Source: an uncultured Gemmatimonadales bacterium (GTDB lineage: Bacteria; Gemmatimonadota; Gemmatimonadetes; Longimicrobiales; RSA9). Taken from it: a stretch of DNA of 64,000 bases. This document shows, piece by piece, positions 8,243 through 17,637 of this stretch. The stretch is from contig CAWCRS010000008.1 of NCBI GenBank assembly GCA_963798085.1, positions 320,001 through 384,000 of the forward strand. The letters are read 5' to 3'. Every line of letters begins with the position of its first letter. Positions within the stretch are counted from its first letter, which is position 1. The notes under the pieces were generated by a model. The model saw only the letters and a program-made list of their open reading frames with translations, was not told the DNA's origin and made no database searches. The position numbers were made by a program, and so were the translations under genes.

Positions 8243-11221
8243 CTACACCTCATCGGCGCTCACGACGACCGCGAATGGCACGTCGATGGACTCGAAATGC
8301 TTCAGCCCGCAACGCACCTTGTCCGCTTCGGAGGTTCGGAGTTTGAGGAAATCGCGCGTTGCCTTTGTTTCGCGCACGAGATAGAGCGCCTGTCCGTCCT
8401 GCTTCAGAATGGCCCAGTCGGGATTGTACCTGCCAATCGGCGTGTCGATTTCGAACCATCCGGGAAGCTTGACGAAAAGCTTGATATCCTCACGTTCATC
8501 CAGCTTCTTCGCGAACTCCCGTTCCACCTCCGAATCGTACACGACGTACTCGTACACCGACTTCGTGACCTGAAGCGCGTCCAGATAGTTGATCAGCTCC
8601 TCGTTCTTAAAGAGCACCATCTCCCATTCGGCTTCCGGCCCTTCGCCCGGCAAGCGTTCGTACTTGATGCCGTCCACGAGAAGCCGGTGCAATTCGTATT
8701 TCAGGATTGCCGCCACCTGATTGAGGAACCGCTGCGGATTGCGGAACACGTCGTCGAGACGACCTGACTCCTTGAGGATACGTACCAGCGTCGAGCGCGT
8801 CAGCTCGGTCTCGTTCTGAAGGTAGGCAAGAATGTCAGGGAGTGGTCGGCGCTCGTATGCCGGCCTTTCTTCTGCAACCTGCATTGCCGTTGCCTGCACA
8901 CCGCCCCTTTCCACGCGGATGTGACCCGCCGCCACGCGGATGGTGGGTGCTTCGACCCGCGCCATCATCTTGATTCCGTCCACGGCACGTCGGACGAGTG
9001 CATCCGTTTCGAATTCCACCCGGTACGTCGTCTTCGGTTTGATCCGATCCCATAGCGCCTGGAACTCGGGACTGAGGGTTACTCCCTTCCGCAAACGGTT
9101 GACGCCCTCATCACGATCGCGGCGGATGTGCCGCTCGATCTGATAGGCCGAAAGCAGATCCACAACAGCTATCGTCAGGTCCCGCTGTGGCTCGGGCAGT
9201 TCCAGCTTGAAATCTGTACGCTTCGGATCGAACGCGTCTTGAATGCGCCCGCTGACGTCCAGCAGCCGCTGCCGCACGAGTGCCGCGCGAATGGCCTCGG
9301 CCGCCTCCTTCCCGATGGGTTGCTCGACTCCATCCACGACACGGGTCAATTTCACGAACGCACTGAATGGCACCACTCCGAATGTGACGCCGCAGTCCTC
9401 CTCGTATTCGGTCTGGAGCGCACGAGCGAAGTCTTCGTAGCTCTCGTTGGCCATCACGTAGAGCTTGTTGATGGACTCGTCGAAGACGCGCACGCCGTTC
9501 TGATCCACCGGCAGGCGCAGGCCGCGCCCGATCTCCTGCCGCTTCTTCATGGCGCTTCGGGTCTCGTTGAGCGTGCAGATCTGGAAGACGTTGGGGTTGT
9601 CCCACCCCTCGCGCAGCGCCGAGTGGCTGAAGATGAAGCGGAGTGGCTCGTCGAGCGATAACAGTTCCTCCTTCTTCTGCATGATGAGCTCGTAGACCGC
9701 GTCATCGGCCAGTGTGTCGCCGCGCGTATCCTTCAGAATGCCTTTTCGGTCCTGCGCGAAGTAGCCGTTGTGAAGCGCCGCTGGCGGCAACGGCAGCCAT
9801 GGCAGACCCTTGTACCGCGCGTCCCTGGCCAGCTCGGCGAGGCTCTCTTCGAAGGCGGCGGCGAACTTGCCCGGCGAGGTCTGGCCATTGGGACCGTAGT
9901 CGCGGTAATTCGCGACACGGTCGATGAAAAACAGTGTGAGCACCTTGATCCCGCGCTCGCGCACCTGGAGTTCCTTTTCGAGGTGTTTCTGGATGGTGTG
10001 CCGGATCTGGGTGCGCCACACGTCGTCCCGCAGGCCCCCCATCTCCTCGCCCAGGCGGAGCATGCGGCCATTGGCGAAGCGCAGGTACTCGCCGCCGGGT
10101 TCGGCATTGATCTCGGCGATCTCGAAGCCGTTGCGGTACGTAGCACGCTCATCGGACAGGGCGTAGAGGTCGTGGCCCTGCTTGACGGTCAGCGATTTCT
10201 CACGGGGTCCCTCAGCCGTTCGCACGTGAATGCGGAGCCGCGCCTTGATGCCGTTCCTGTAGTCGATCCTCTCGACGCGGACGAAAGGCTCGTTCAGCGC
10301 GTCGTGCGCCACCGCGCTCGCCACCACGATCTGCTTTACCAGCCTCAGCTCGAACGCCCGGATAGGATCGAGCCGGTACACAAGGTTGTACGGATTGCGA
10401 TGCGTGGCCGAATAGCGAAGCGTGCACAGTGGATTCAGTGCCTTGATGGCTTCCTGCGCTTTGTCCGTCGCATCCACGCTCTGCGGCTCATCAATGATCA
10501 CAATGGGGCGCGCGGCCTGCACGAACTCGATAGGCTGCCGGCCGGAAAGCCGGTCGCTCTCCTTGTAGATGACGTTGCTCTTCCGCTCCTCATCCGTGCC
10601 CGTGAAGTTCTTGCGGAACGCATCAATGTTGATGACCAGGATCTGGAGCGTGTTGCTGGTGGCGAACTGCCGCAGCCGATTCGCCTTCTTCGCATCGTAC
10701 ACAAAGTGCTCGAACGGCGGATTGTCGTAGAGCGCGCGGAAATGGTCCGAAGTGATTCTGATGTTGGCGAGCACGCCTTCCCGGATCGCGACGCTGGGGA
10801 CCACGATGATGAACTTTCGGAATCCGAAACGGCGTGACAGCTCGAAAATTGTGCGCAGATAGACGTACGTCTTGCCCGTGCCCGTCTCCATCTCGACGGA
10901 GAAATGCGGGCAGCGCCGTGCCTGATTGGCTGGGCCGTCGAACAGCTCCCATGCTTCGGGCGGCGCGGCGGCATCCACGACTTCAATGTCATTCCGCGTC
11001 TGCACCTTGCGGAGGTTTTCACGGATGCGGTCTTCGCTCAGGAGCAGCCGGTTGCCGACGCCCAGCTCCGAACGCTCCTGTCCCTCGAACAGGCCGCCCA
11101 GCGCGCCAAGCGTGATGACGGAGTACTCCGGAGGCCCCATTGGCTGACCGTCGAAGAGATCTGTCACCGCAGCGATGGCGTCCAGCTGAAAGGTCTGGTT
11201 TCCGTCGAACTGGAATTTCAC
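8243..11221 (-). CDS. res: type III restriction endonuclease Res subunit
   Basis: EMETGTGKT, IIDEPQ, LREGWDNPNVFQIC, QEIGRGLRL, C-terminal YNPDW...RETK nuclease; 992 aa. Confidence 0.95.
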   Translation of the reverse strand: MKFQFDGNQTFQLDAIAAVTDLFDGQPMGPPEYSVITLGALGGLFEGQERSELGVGNRLLLSEDRIRENLRKVQTRNDIEVVDAAAPPEAWELFDGPANQARRCPHFSVEMETGTGKTYVYLRTIFELSRRFGFRKFIIVVPSVAIREGVLANIRITSDHFRALYDNPPFEHFVYDAKKANRLRQFATSNTLQILVINIDAFRKNFTGTDEERKSNVIYKESDRLSGRQPIEFVQAARPIVIIDEPQSVDATDKAQEAIKALNPLCTLRYSATHRNPYNLVYRLDPIRAFELRLVKQIVVASAVAHDALNEPFVRVERIDYRNGIKARLRIHVRTAEGPREKSLTVKQGHDLYALSDERATYRNGFEIAEINAEPGGEYLRFANGRMLRLGEEMGGLRDDVWRTQIRHTIQKHLEKELQVRERGIKVLTLFFIDRVANYRDYGPNGQTSPGKFAAAFEESLAELARDARYKGLPWLPLPPAALHNGYFAQDRKGILKDTRGDTLADDAVYELIMQKKEELLSLDEPLRFIFSHSALREGWDNPNVFQICTLNETRSAMKKRQEIGRGLRLPVDQNGVRVFDESINKLYVMANESYEDFARALQTEYEEDCGVTFGVVPFSAFVKLTRVVDGVEQPIGKEAAEAIRAALVRQRLLDVSGRIQDAFDPKRTDFKLELPEPQRDLTIAVVDLLSAYQIERHIRRDRDEGVNRLRKGVTLSPEFQALWDRIKPKTTYRVEFETDALVRRAVDGIKMMARVEAPTIRVAAGHIRVERGGVQATAMQVAEERPAYERRPLPDILAYLQNETELTRSTLVRILKESGRLDDVFRNPQRFLNQVAAILKYELHRLLVDGIKYERLPGEGPEAEWEMVLFKNEELINYLDALQVTKSVYEYVVYDSEVEREFAKKLDEREDIKLFVKLPGWFEIDTPIGRYNPDWAILKQDGQALYLVRETKATRDFLKLRTSEADKVRCGLKHFESIDVPFAVVVSADEV

Positions 11222-11396
11222 GGGCGCTGTCTCCGTGACGAATGCGCCTGCTCGGTCAGTTTCACTTTCATTTCTGGCATTGATTGAGTCCCAACCGTGT
11301 CATCTTCCCGCAGACCACTGCGCGAGCCGCCACCTCGCTGGTTTGACGAGAATGCGTTCTCACACGCGCGGCAGATCGGACGCAGACATGCGTGCA

Positions 11397-13298
11397 TTAC
11401 ACCGTCCTGAATTTCGTCACGCCGCTGGCTCTGAAGATCTGAACCGCATTCGCCTTGAGCTGGTCGTTGCCGGCGAATCCGGCATCCAGACACACCACGC
11501 GCTCCGGCTTTCGCTCGGCCATCGCGCGGATCAGTTCCAGCGTCAGTGCGCGCTCGAGGCAGACCAGCAGCGCCCCACCACTGGCGCTATACAACTGCTT
11601 GCCCGCCACCACGGGCTTCTCGACCGGCGTCGTGAGCGCGAAACCGTCCTTGAGCAGGATCTCGTAGAGGAGATCGTCCGACGAACGGCCATGGCGGATG
11701 TGGTCCACGTGCAGTTCGAGTTGCTTCGCAAGCGCCTCCGCATCCTTCGGCTTGTCCGCATCCCAGGTCGTAAGGTTGGACTCTGCCAGCTTGAAGACGC
11801 GGAACCCGCGGTCCTGCTTCGCGCCGCCACCGAGATCGAGCTTCCCCGCGTCCTCTTCATTCATCTTCCCGATGACACGCCGGACGCGCTCCTTGCAGAT
11901 GTCGGCAATGGTTGGGTAGTCTTTGCGACCAGTGGGTTCGGGCAGTTGAACGAGGATGAACCTGCGGCTACCTGCGTTCGCGGCATTCGCTTCTAGCACA
12001 GCATGGCCGGTACTTCCTGACCCGGAGAAGAAGTCTACAACGATTGAATCGTCGTTCGTCGCGACTTGAAGCATCCGTCGAATGAGCTTGGTTGGCTTTG
12101 GCGTGATAAATAGATCCTCACCGCTCGCCGCTTCCAGAATGCGGCTCAATTCCTGCTTGGCATTGCGGGTACTGCCCACTTCTTTCCATGGCCAATAGGT
12201 TTGGGGCACCACGCCTTCACGAACCTCGGAAAGGAATCGCTTTATCCCAGGACGGTTGTTGCCGGTCTTTCCCCACCAGATACGGTTATCACCATGAAGT
12301 TCAGCAAAGCGCTTTTTGCTAACACGCCAGTAACTCCCAGCGGGAGGGCCATCAATGACCTTGCCCGTGGGGGTTGTGATTGCGTAGCGGCCCTCGCCGT
12401 AGTAGTTCCGAGCAGCAAGGTCGCTGAGGAGCCATGGACCCCGTGGGTCATTATCTGGGTTCTTGTATCGAGCTAGCATCTCCTTAGAGCGTTGTAGCGG
12501 GTTGGGGTGCCATTTGGCGGCATTTCTAGCATAGAGCACGACATAGTCGTGGTCTTCGCTGAAATGGACAGCAGAGTTTTTCGGGCTGTCGATCTTGTGC
12601 CAGATAACGGTTGCGATGAAATTCTCCTCGCCGAAGATGTCATTACAAAGGTCTCGAAGATTGGCAACCTCACCGTCGTCAATACTGATGAATATCACAC
12701 CATCCTCGCGCAGGAGATTCCGCGCGAGGTAGAGTCGCGGGTACATCATGTTGAGCCACTTCGAGTGGAACCGCCCGTCTGCGTCCGTGTTGGTCCCGAA
12801 CTTTCTTCCTTCCGCGTCCACCTGTCCGGTGTACTCGAGATACGTCTGTAGACTCTCCGTGTAATTGTCGGGATAGATGAAGTCATTTCCCGTATTGTAG
12901 GGCGGGTCGATGTAAATCATCTTCACTTTTCCGAGGTACGACTTCTGGAGCAGCTTCAGCACTTCCAGGTTGTCGCCTTCGATGATCAGGTTCTCGGTGA
13001 TGTCGAAGTTGACGCTCTCCTCCGGGCATGGTCGCAGCGTGCCCAGACTGGGCGTCTGGATCACCTTGAAGCACTCGGCCTTGCCCGGCCACGTGAGGCC
13101 GTAGCGCTCCTTCCCGACATCCACGGCCTCGCCCAGGGCGAGCCGCAGTCGGTCGAAGTCGAGTTTGCCGTCCTGGGTGCGGATCTCCGGGAAGAGACGC
13201 AGCAACTCCTGGCGCCGCTCCCCGGCAATGTCGAGTGAGCGGAGATCCAGCTTCTCCGCATAAAGTTCCGTGTTCTCCTGACCTGGCGTCTTGCTCAT
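11397..13298 (-). CDS. mod: type III RM DNA methyltransferase Mod subunit (beta class)
   Basis: ERYGLTWPGK, NLIIEGDNLEVLK, IYIDPPYNTG, HSKWLNMMYPRL, PKP, DFFSGSGSTGHA. Confidence 0.95.
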   Translation of the reverse strand: MSKTPGQENTELYAEKLDLRSLDIAGERRQELLRLFPEIRTQDGKLDFDRLRLALGEAVDVGKERYGLTWPGKAECFKVIQTPSLGTLRPCPEESVNFDITENLIIEGDNLEVLKLLQKSYLGKVKMIYIDPPYNTGNDFIYPDNYTESLQTYLEYTGQVDAEGRKFGTNTDADGRFHSKWLNMMYPRLYLARNLLREDGVIFISIDDGEVANLRDLCNDIFGEENFIATVIWHKIDSPKNSAVHFSEDHDYVVLYARNAAKWHPNPLQRSKEMLARYKNPDNDPRGPWLLSDLAARNYYGEGRYAITTPTGKVIDGPPAGSYWRVSKKRFAELHGDNRIWWGKTGNNRPGIKRFLSEVREGVVPQTYWPWKEVGSTRNAKQELSRILEAASGEDLFITPKPTKLIRRMLQVATNDDSIVVDFFSGSGSTGHAVLEANAANAGSRRFILVQLPEPTGRKDYPTIADICKERVRRVIGKMNEEDAGKLDLGGGAKQDRGFRVFKLAESNLTTWDADKPKDAEALAKQLELHVDHIRHGRSSDDLLYEILLKDGFALTTPVEKPVVAGKQLYSASGGALLVCLERALTLELIRAMAERKPERVVCLDAGFAGNDQLKANAVQIFRASGVTKFRTV

Positions 13299-14446
13299 GG
13301 GATTCCAGTCGCAGAGTTCGCTTGCGGCTGCCTAGCCGAGAACGAGAGATCGCTTGCCCCGTCAACCGTGAGCAGGCGCATGAGGCGCGGATTAATGAAC
13401 AGCTTATCGCGTCCGACCTTTACTTCGTTCAACACGCCGGCTGCCGCCAGCTTCCTGAGATAGACCGCGGCCGTCTGGCGCCCGGCGATCCCCGCTTCGA
13501 CTACGTTCCTGATGCGGCAGTACGGCTGCACGAAGATCAGCTCCACCAGCTCGCGGCTGTAAACGGCAGGCACATACTTCCGCACGTGATCGGCCGTGTC
13601 CTGCATTAACTGGCGCATCGCGTGAATCCGCTGCGTGGTCCAGCGCGCCGTCTCGTCCACTGCATGCAACAGGTAGAGGATCCAATCCTCCCATGCGCCA
13701 CCGGCCGTGACGGCGCGCAGCAGGCGATAGTATTCTGCCCTGCTTCGGATGATCGCGCGACTCAAATACAGAACGGGAAGATCCAGCAGTCCCTGCTCCA
13801 CCAGGAAGAGCAGGTTCAGGATCCGTCCGGTGCGTCCATTCCCATCCGTGAACGGGTGGATCGCTTCGAACTGGTAGTGCGCCACCGCCATGCGAACCAG
13901 CGGGTCCACATCCTGCGCATCGTGAAGGAACCGCTCCCAGTTCGCGAGCAGCTGGCGCAACAGCGCTTCGCCGTCGGGCGGCGTGTACACCACGTCGCCT
14001 GTACCTTCATTCTGGAGCTTCGTCCCCGGCACGCGACGCACATCGACGTTCAGTCCACGAAGCGTGCGGCAGACTTCGACCGCAATGGCTGTGCAAAGCG
14101 GTCGCTTCCGCAGCAGCTCCACGCCTCGCCGAAGCGCGCTGCGATAGCGCAACGCTTCCTTCGTCGCGGGGTCCGCCAGGGCTTCGCGGTCCGGCTGCGC
14201 ATACCGGAAAAGCTGGTCGGCGGTTGTGACAATGTTTTCGATCTCCGAGCTGGCCCGCGCCTCAAGCAACGGGATCGTGTTGATCAGCACGGCGGGATCT
14301 GGCAGGAGCCGCCCCGCCTGCTTGAGCTCGGCTACTGCGGCGCGCGCCTCAATGCACGCCTTAAGCACCGCCCTGCTCTCCAGGTCCGCCTGCGGCGGCA
14401 GCAGTGGCAGATCGTTATAAGCTATTGCAGGATCGAAGTTTGCCAA
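13295..14446 (-). CDS. fic: Fic family protein adenylyltransferase (SoFic-like, class II)
   Basis: HPFTDGNGRTGR catalytic motif; N-terminal inhibitory SSEIEN motif; C-terminal wHTH-like region; stop overlaps mod ATG; TTG start inferred. Confidence 0.92.
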   Translation of the reverse strand: MANFDPAIAYNDLPLLPPQADLESRAVLKACIEARAAVAELKQAGRLLPDPAVLINTIPLLEARASSEIENIVTTADQLFRYAQPDREALADPATKEALRYRSALRRGVELLRKRPLCTAIAVEVCRTLRGLNVDVRRVPGTKLQNEGTGDVVYTPPDGEALLRQLLANWERFLHDAQDVDPLVRMAVAHYQFEAIHPFTDGNGRTGRILNLLFLVEQGLLDLPVLYLSRAIIRSRAEYYRLLRAVTAGGAWEDWILYLLHAVDETARWTTQRIHAMRQLMQDTADHVRKYVPAVYSRELVELIFVQPYCRIRNVVEAGIAGRQTAAVYLRKLAAAGVLNEVKVGRDKLFINPRLMRLLTVDGASDLSFSARQPQANSATGIP

Positions 14447-14474
14447 TGTGCGAGCGTGCAAGGCCGTTGCGCGG

Positions 14475-14534
14475 ACCTGTCGTGCCGATCGACAGGTTGG
14501 GCTAACGTGTCGAAAATGTACCGATGTTTCGACA
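14475..14534. promoter_or_regulatory. two inverted repeats with TGTCG/CGACA half-sites upstream of fic (putative operator)
   Basis: acctgtcg-N7-cgacaggt (14475-14497) and tgtcgaaa-N11-tttcgaca (14508-14534). Confidence 0.55.
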
Positions 14535-14544
14535 TATGCGCCAG

Positions 14545-17430
14545 TCACACAAGACGCCAACGCAACGTGAAGAGCATGGATAGTTCTGACTCCTGCTTCA
14601 AACGACGACTGGTTTCGTCGAGCAGTGCCTCCGTCTGGCGATCCACGTCGCGGCGTGCCTGATCGTAGTCGCGCCAGGCCTGGTCGCGCCGACCTTCGAG
14701 CAGCCGAGCCTCGCGCTGGCGTGCGAGTTTTTCGGGAAGGTTCGGCGCGAGTCGGGCGGCCCGCTTGGCCGCCTTCAGGGCTTCGTCGAGGTCATCGAGC
14801 GAGGCTTTCAATGAGGCCCGTCGGTCTTCGGCCCAGTGGTCCAGTTTCTCCATCTCCACGTCGAACCAGCGGCCGTTGCGCGCGGAGACTTCGTCGAGCA
14901 GGGCTCGCCGATGACGATCGTGTGACTCGAGCAGCGCGTCCCGCGTTCCGGGCGAGATGGTGCATCGCGCGCCAGCCGTTCCGGCCAGGTCGAACAGGCG
15001 ACGGCAGGCTGCATCATCGAGTGGCATCCCGGTGTCGTCGATTCCGGCGAAGAGGATGTGATCCTCCGTCGCCATTGCAGAGACCGTGAGCGTCGCGCAA
15101 CTCAGCCAGCCGGACCGGCCGGCAAACGGGTCCAGCACTGCGATCCTGCGGCCGCTGTCGTGATAGTGGAATGTCACTTCCGCCAGCGGCGCGGACAGCT
15201 CGCGGCCGAGGGCGAGGACGCGTTGCGCGAGCGGATGTCCCGCACGGTAGGTGTTCGCGTCTTCAACAGACTTTCCCAGGCGGTACGGCCCCGGATGAAT
15301 CGCCTCCCCCGGGAAGGGATTCGTATGCAGCGTGAAGCGGTGGCTCGCTTCATCGAACAGCGCGTACTCGCGCAGCAGGTACTGCGTCAGCTTCCACAAG
15401 CGCTCGTTGAAGCGATCTAGCACGTCGCGTGTCTCGATGCGGACCTTCTCCACCACCTCCTGATCGAAGTTGTCGAGCAACTTCTCGCGGGCGTCGCGTT
15501 GACCTGCGGTTATGTCGTCCTCCATTTCATGCTGCAACAGATCGAACTCGAACTGGATTTGCTCCGGCGTGCGACATTGCTGGTAAATGGCGGCGATGCG
15601 CTTCTCGAAGTCGACGCCCGACTCGACCGCCCCGAGCACTTCGTCGCTCGCACCGAAGACACCATCAAAAAGCCGGAACTTCTCGTCGAGCAGCTCGTAG
15701 ACGCGCTGGTCCGCGGCGTTGGCCTTGTTGAGAAAATTCACGACAACGACATCGAATTTCTGGCCGTAGCGGTGGCAGCGCCCGATACGCTGTTCGATCC
15801 GCTGCGGATTCCACGGCAGGTCATAGTTCACGACCAGGTTGCAGAACTGAAGGTTGATTCCCTCGGCGGCGGCCTCTGTGGCGATGAGGATGGCCGCTTC
15901 ATCGCGGAAGTGCTCCACGAGGGCAGCCCGCATGTCGGCCGTTGGTGATCCGCTCACGCGGTCCGTGTTCCGGTGCCGCTCGAGCCAGCGCGCGCAGATC
16001 GTCTTTGACATCGGGTCACTGTTTGTGCCGTTGAAGAGCATGACCCTGCCCGCGAATTCGGTTCGCTGGAGTAGCTCGAAGAGGTAGTCCTGCGTGCGCC
16101 TCGATTCGGTGAAGATGACAGCCTTCTGCTGGAGCGGCGCGCTGCTGTCGTCGCGCCTTGCCTTCGCCGCGGCTTCGAATCCTCGCCGCAACGCGGTGAG
16201 GAGCACTTCGCCCTTCGAGTTGCTGACGATCGACCTGGCCAGTTGGTGGAATTCGCGCAACTCGGCCATCTCGCGCCGCAACTCCCCGAGCTGTTCTGGC
16301 GTGAGGCGAGGCTGTTCAGCGGGTAGCGCTTCGCCGCCCTCGCTTTCCCACTCGTCGGCCAATTCGTCGAGCTGTTCCCAATCACTCCGCAGACCGTCCG
16401 GTGGTGCGGCCACCGCCTCAGCTGCATCGAGAGCCGCGTGCAGCCGCTGGGCCATCGCGTCCAGCGTGCCCGCGATGGCGTACGTCGACGAGGCGAGGAG
16501 CTTACGCAGAATGAGTGTCACCAGTTGGCGCTGACTGGCTGGAAGTGCGTACAGTTTTTCGCGCTGGAGGTACGCCGAAACACGATCGTACAAACGTTGC
16601 TCCTCGGGTGTGGGAACGAACTCCTGGACGAGTGCATGACGCTCCGTGTAGCTGACGTATTCCAGAACTTGCCGGCGGAGTGTGCGCTTGCAGAGGGGCG
16701 CCAGCCGCTCCTTGAGAGCCGCGAAATTGCCGTCGTTCGTCAGACGGGTGAACTGCGAGCGGTAGCTCTCGAGATCTCCGAACGCGTAGTCATCGATGAT
16801 GCTCACCAGGCCGTACAGCTCGAGCAGCGAGTTCTGAAGCGGAGTCGCAGTGAGCAGCACCTTGGGAAACGGCGCGACTGCCTGCTTGATCGACAACGCG
16901 ATCTTGCTCGTGTTCCTGTAGACGTTGCGTAGCCGGTGTGCCTCGTCAATCACGACGAGATCCCACGCGGTCTGACGGATGTACGGCTCCTTGGCGCGCG
17001 CGAACTGGTACGAGCAGAGGACGACACCGTCCTGCTGGAACGGGTTCATGTCCCCGTTGCGGATCGCTTCGTTGAATGTGCGGGTTTCGAGTATCGCGGA
17101 GGGCAGAAAAAACTTGTCCGACAACTCCTGGCTCCATTGCTTTCGCAGGTTGGCCGGAACGATCACAAGCAGTCGACGCTTGCGTTCCGCCCACTTCTGC
17201 GCCAGCAGCAATCCGGCCTCGATCGTCTTGCCCAGTCCCACTTCATCGGCGAGGATCGCGCCTTTCGAGAATGGATTTTGAAAGGCGAAAAGCGCGGCTT
17301 CCACCTGGTGGGGATTGAGATCAACCTGAGCGTCGGCGAACACCGCCGCGAGCTTTTCGACGCTGTCCGTAGCACAGCGTCGAGTCAGCTCGTGGGCGAG
17401 GTACTTGGCGTGGTAGTCTGTCAGCGACAT
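14545..17430 (-). CDS. SNF2-family (RapA-like) helicase/ATPase
   Basis: LNPHQ, ILADEVGLGKT, DEAH, LLTATP, NYDLPWNP, EQRIGRCHRYGQ; coiled-coil C-terminus. Confidence 0.93.
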   Translation of the reverse strand: MSLTDYHAKYLAHELTRRCATDSVEKLAAVFADAQVDLNPHQVEAALFAFQNPFSKGAILADEVGLGKTIEAGLLLAQKWAERKRRLLVIVPANLRKQWSQELSDKFFLPSAILETRTFNEAIRNGDMNPFQQDGVVLCSYQFARAKEPYIRQTAWDLVVIDEAHRLRNVYRNTSKIALSIKQAVAPFPKVLLTATPLQNSLLELYGLVSIIDDYAFGDLESYRSQFTRLTNDGNFAALKERLAPLCKRTLRRQVLEYVSYTERHALVQEFVPTPEEQRLYDRVSAYLQREKLYALPASQRQLVTLILRKLLASSTYAIAGTLDAMAQRLHAALDAAEAVAAPPDGLRSDWEQLDELADEWESEGGEALPAEQPRLTPEQLGELRREMAELREFHQLARSIVSNSKGEVLLTALRRGFEAAAKARRDDSSAPLQQKAVIFTESRRTQDYLFELLQRTEFAGRVMLFNGTNSDPMSKTICARWLERHRNTDRVSGSPTADMRAALVEHFRDEAAILIATEAAAEGINLQFCNLVVNYDLPWNPQRIEQRIGRCHRYGQKFDVVVVNFLNKANAADQRVYELLDEKFRLFDGVFGASDEVLGAVESGVDFEKRIAAIYQQCRTPEQIQFEFDLLQHEMEDDITAGQRDAREKLLDNFDQEVVEKVRIETRDVLDRFNERLWKLTQYLLREYALFDEASHRFTLHTNPFPGEAIHPGPYRLGKSVEDANTYRAGHPLAQRVLALGRELSAPLAEVTFHYHDSGRRIAVLDPFAGRSGWLSCATLTVSAMATEDHILFAGIDDTGMPLDDAACRRLFDLAGTAGARCTISPGTRDALLESHDRHRRALLDEVSARNGRWFDVEMEKLDHWAEDRRASLKASLDDLDEALKAAKRAARLAPNLPEKLARQREARLLEGRRDQAWRDYDQARRDVDRQTEALLDETSRRLKQESELSMLFTLRWRLV

Positions 17431-17637
17431 CGTGCGCAAGCATGGACAACAATACAGTTTCTAGACAGATCCGAGCGGGATGGCCAGTCGAGACTGCGAT
17501 GGAAGGGAGGCCCGACCGGTTTGCGGCACAGAACGCAGCTTCCACCGACCGCAGAACCGCTGCCGACGCGCAACAAACATGCTCGAAGCTGCTGCGTTGA
17601 GAATTAGCAGCATTGTTAGGTCGGCAAACTCTGCCAA

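Noticed and set aside
11222..11396. Small ORF between mod and res
   Set aside because: No recognisable motif or RBS; probably intergenic or a decayed remnant
11397..13298. Phase-variable mod (phasevarion)
   Set aside because: No simple-sequence repeat tract found in or upstream of mod, and the ORF is intact
1..17630. Integron cassette array (all genes co-oriented)
   Set aside because: No integrase and no repeated attC-like sites between the genes; only one doubtful palindrome
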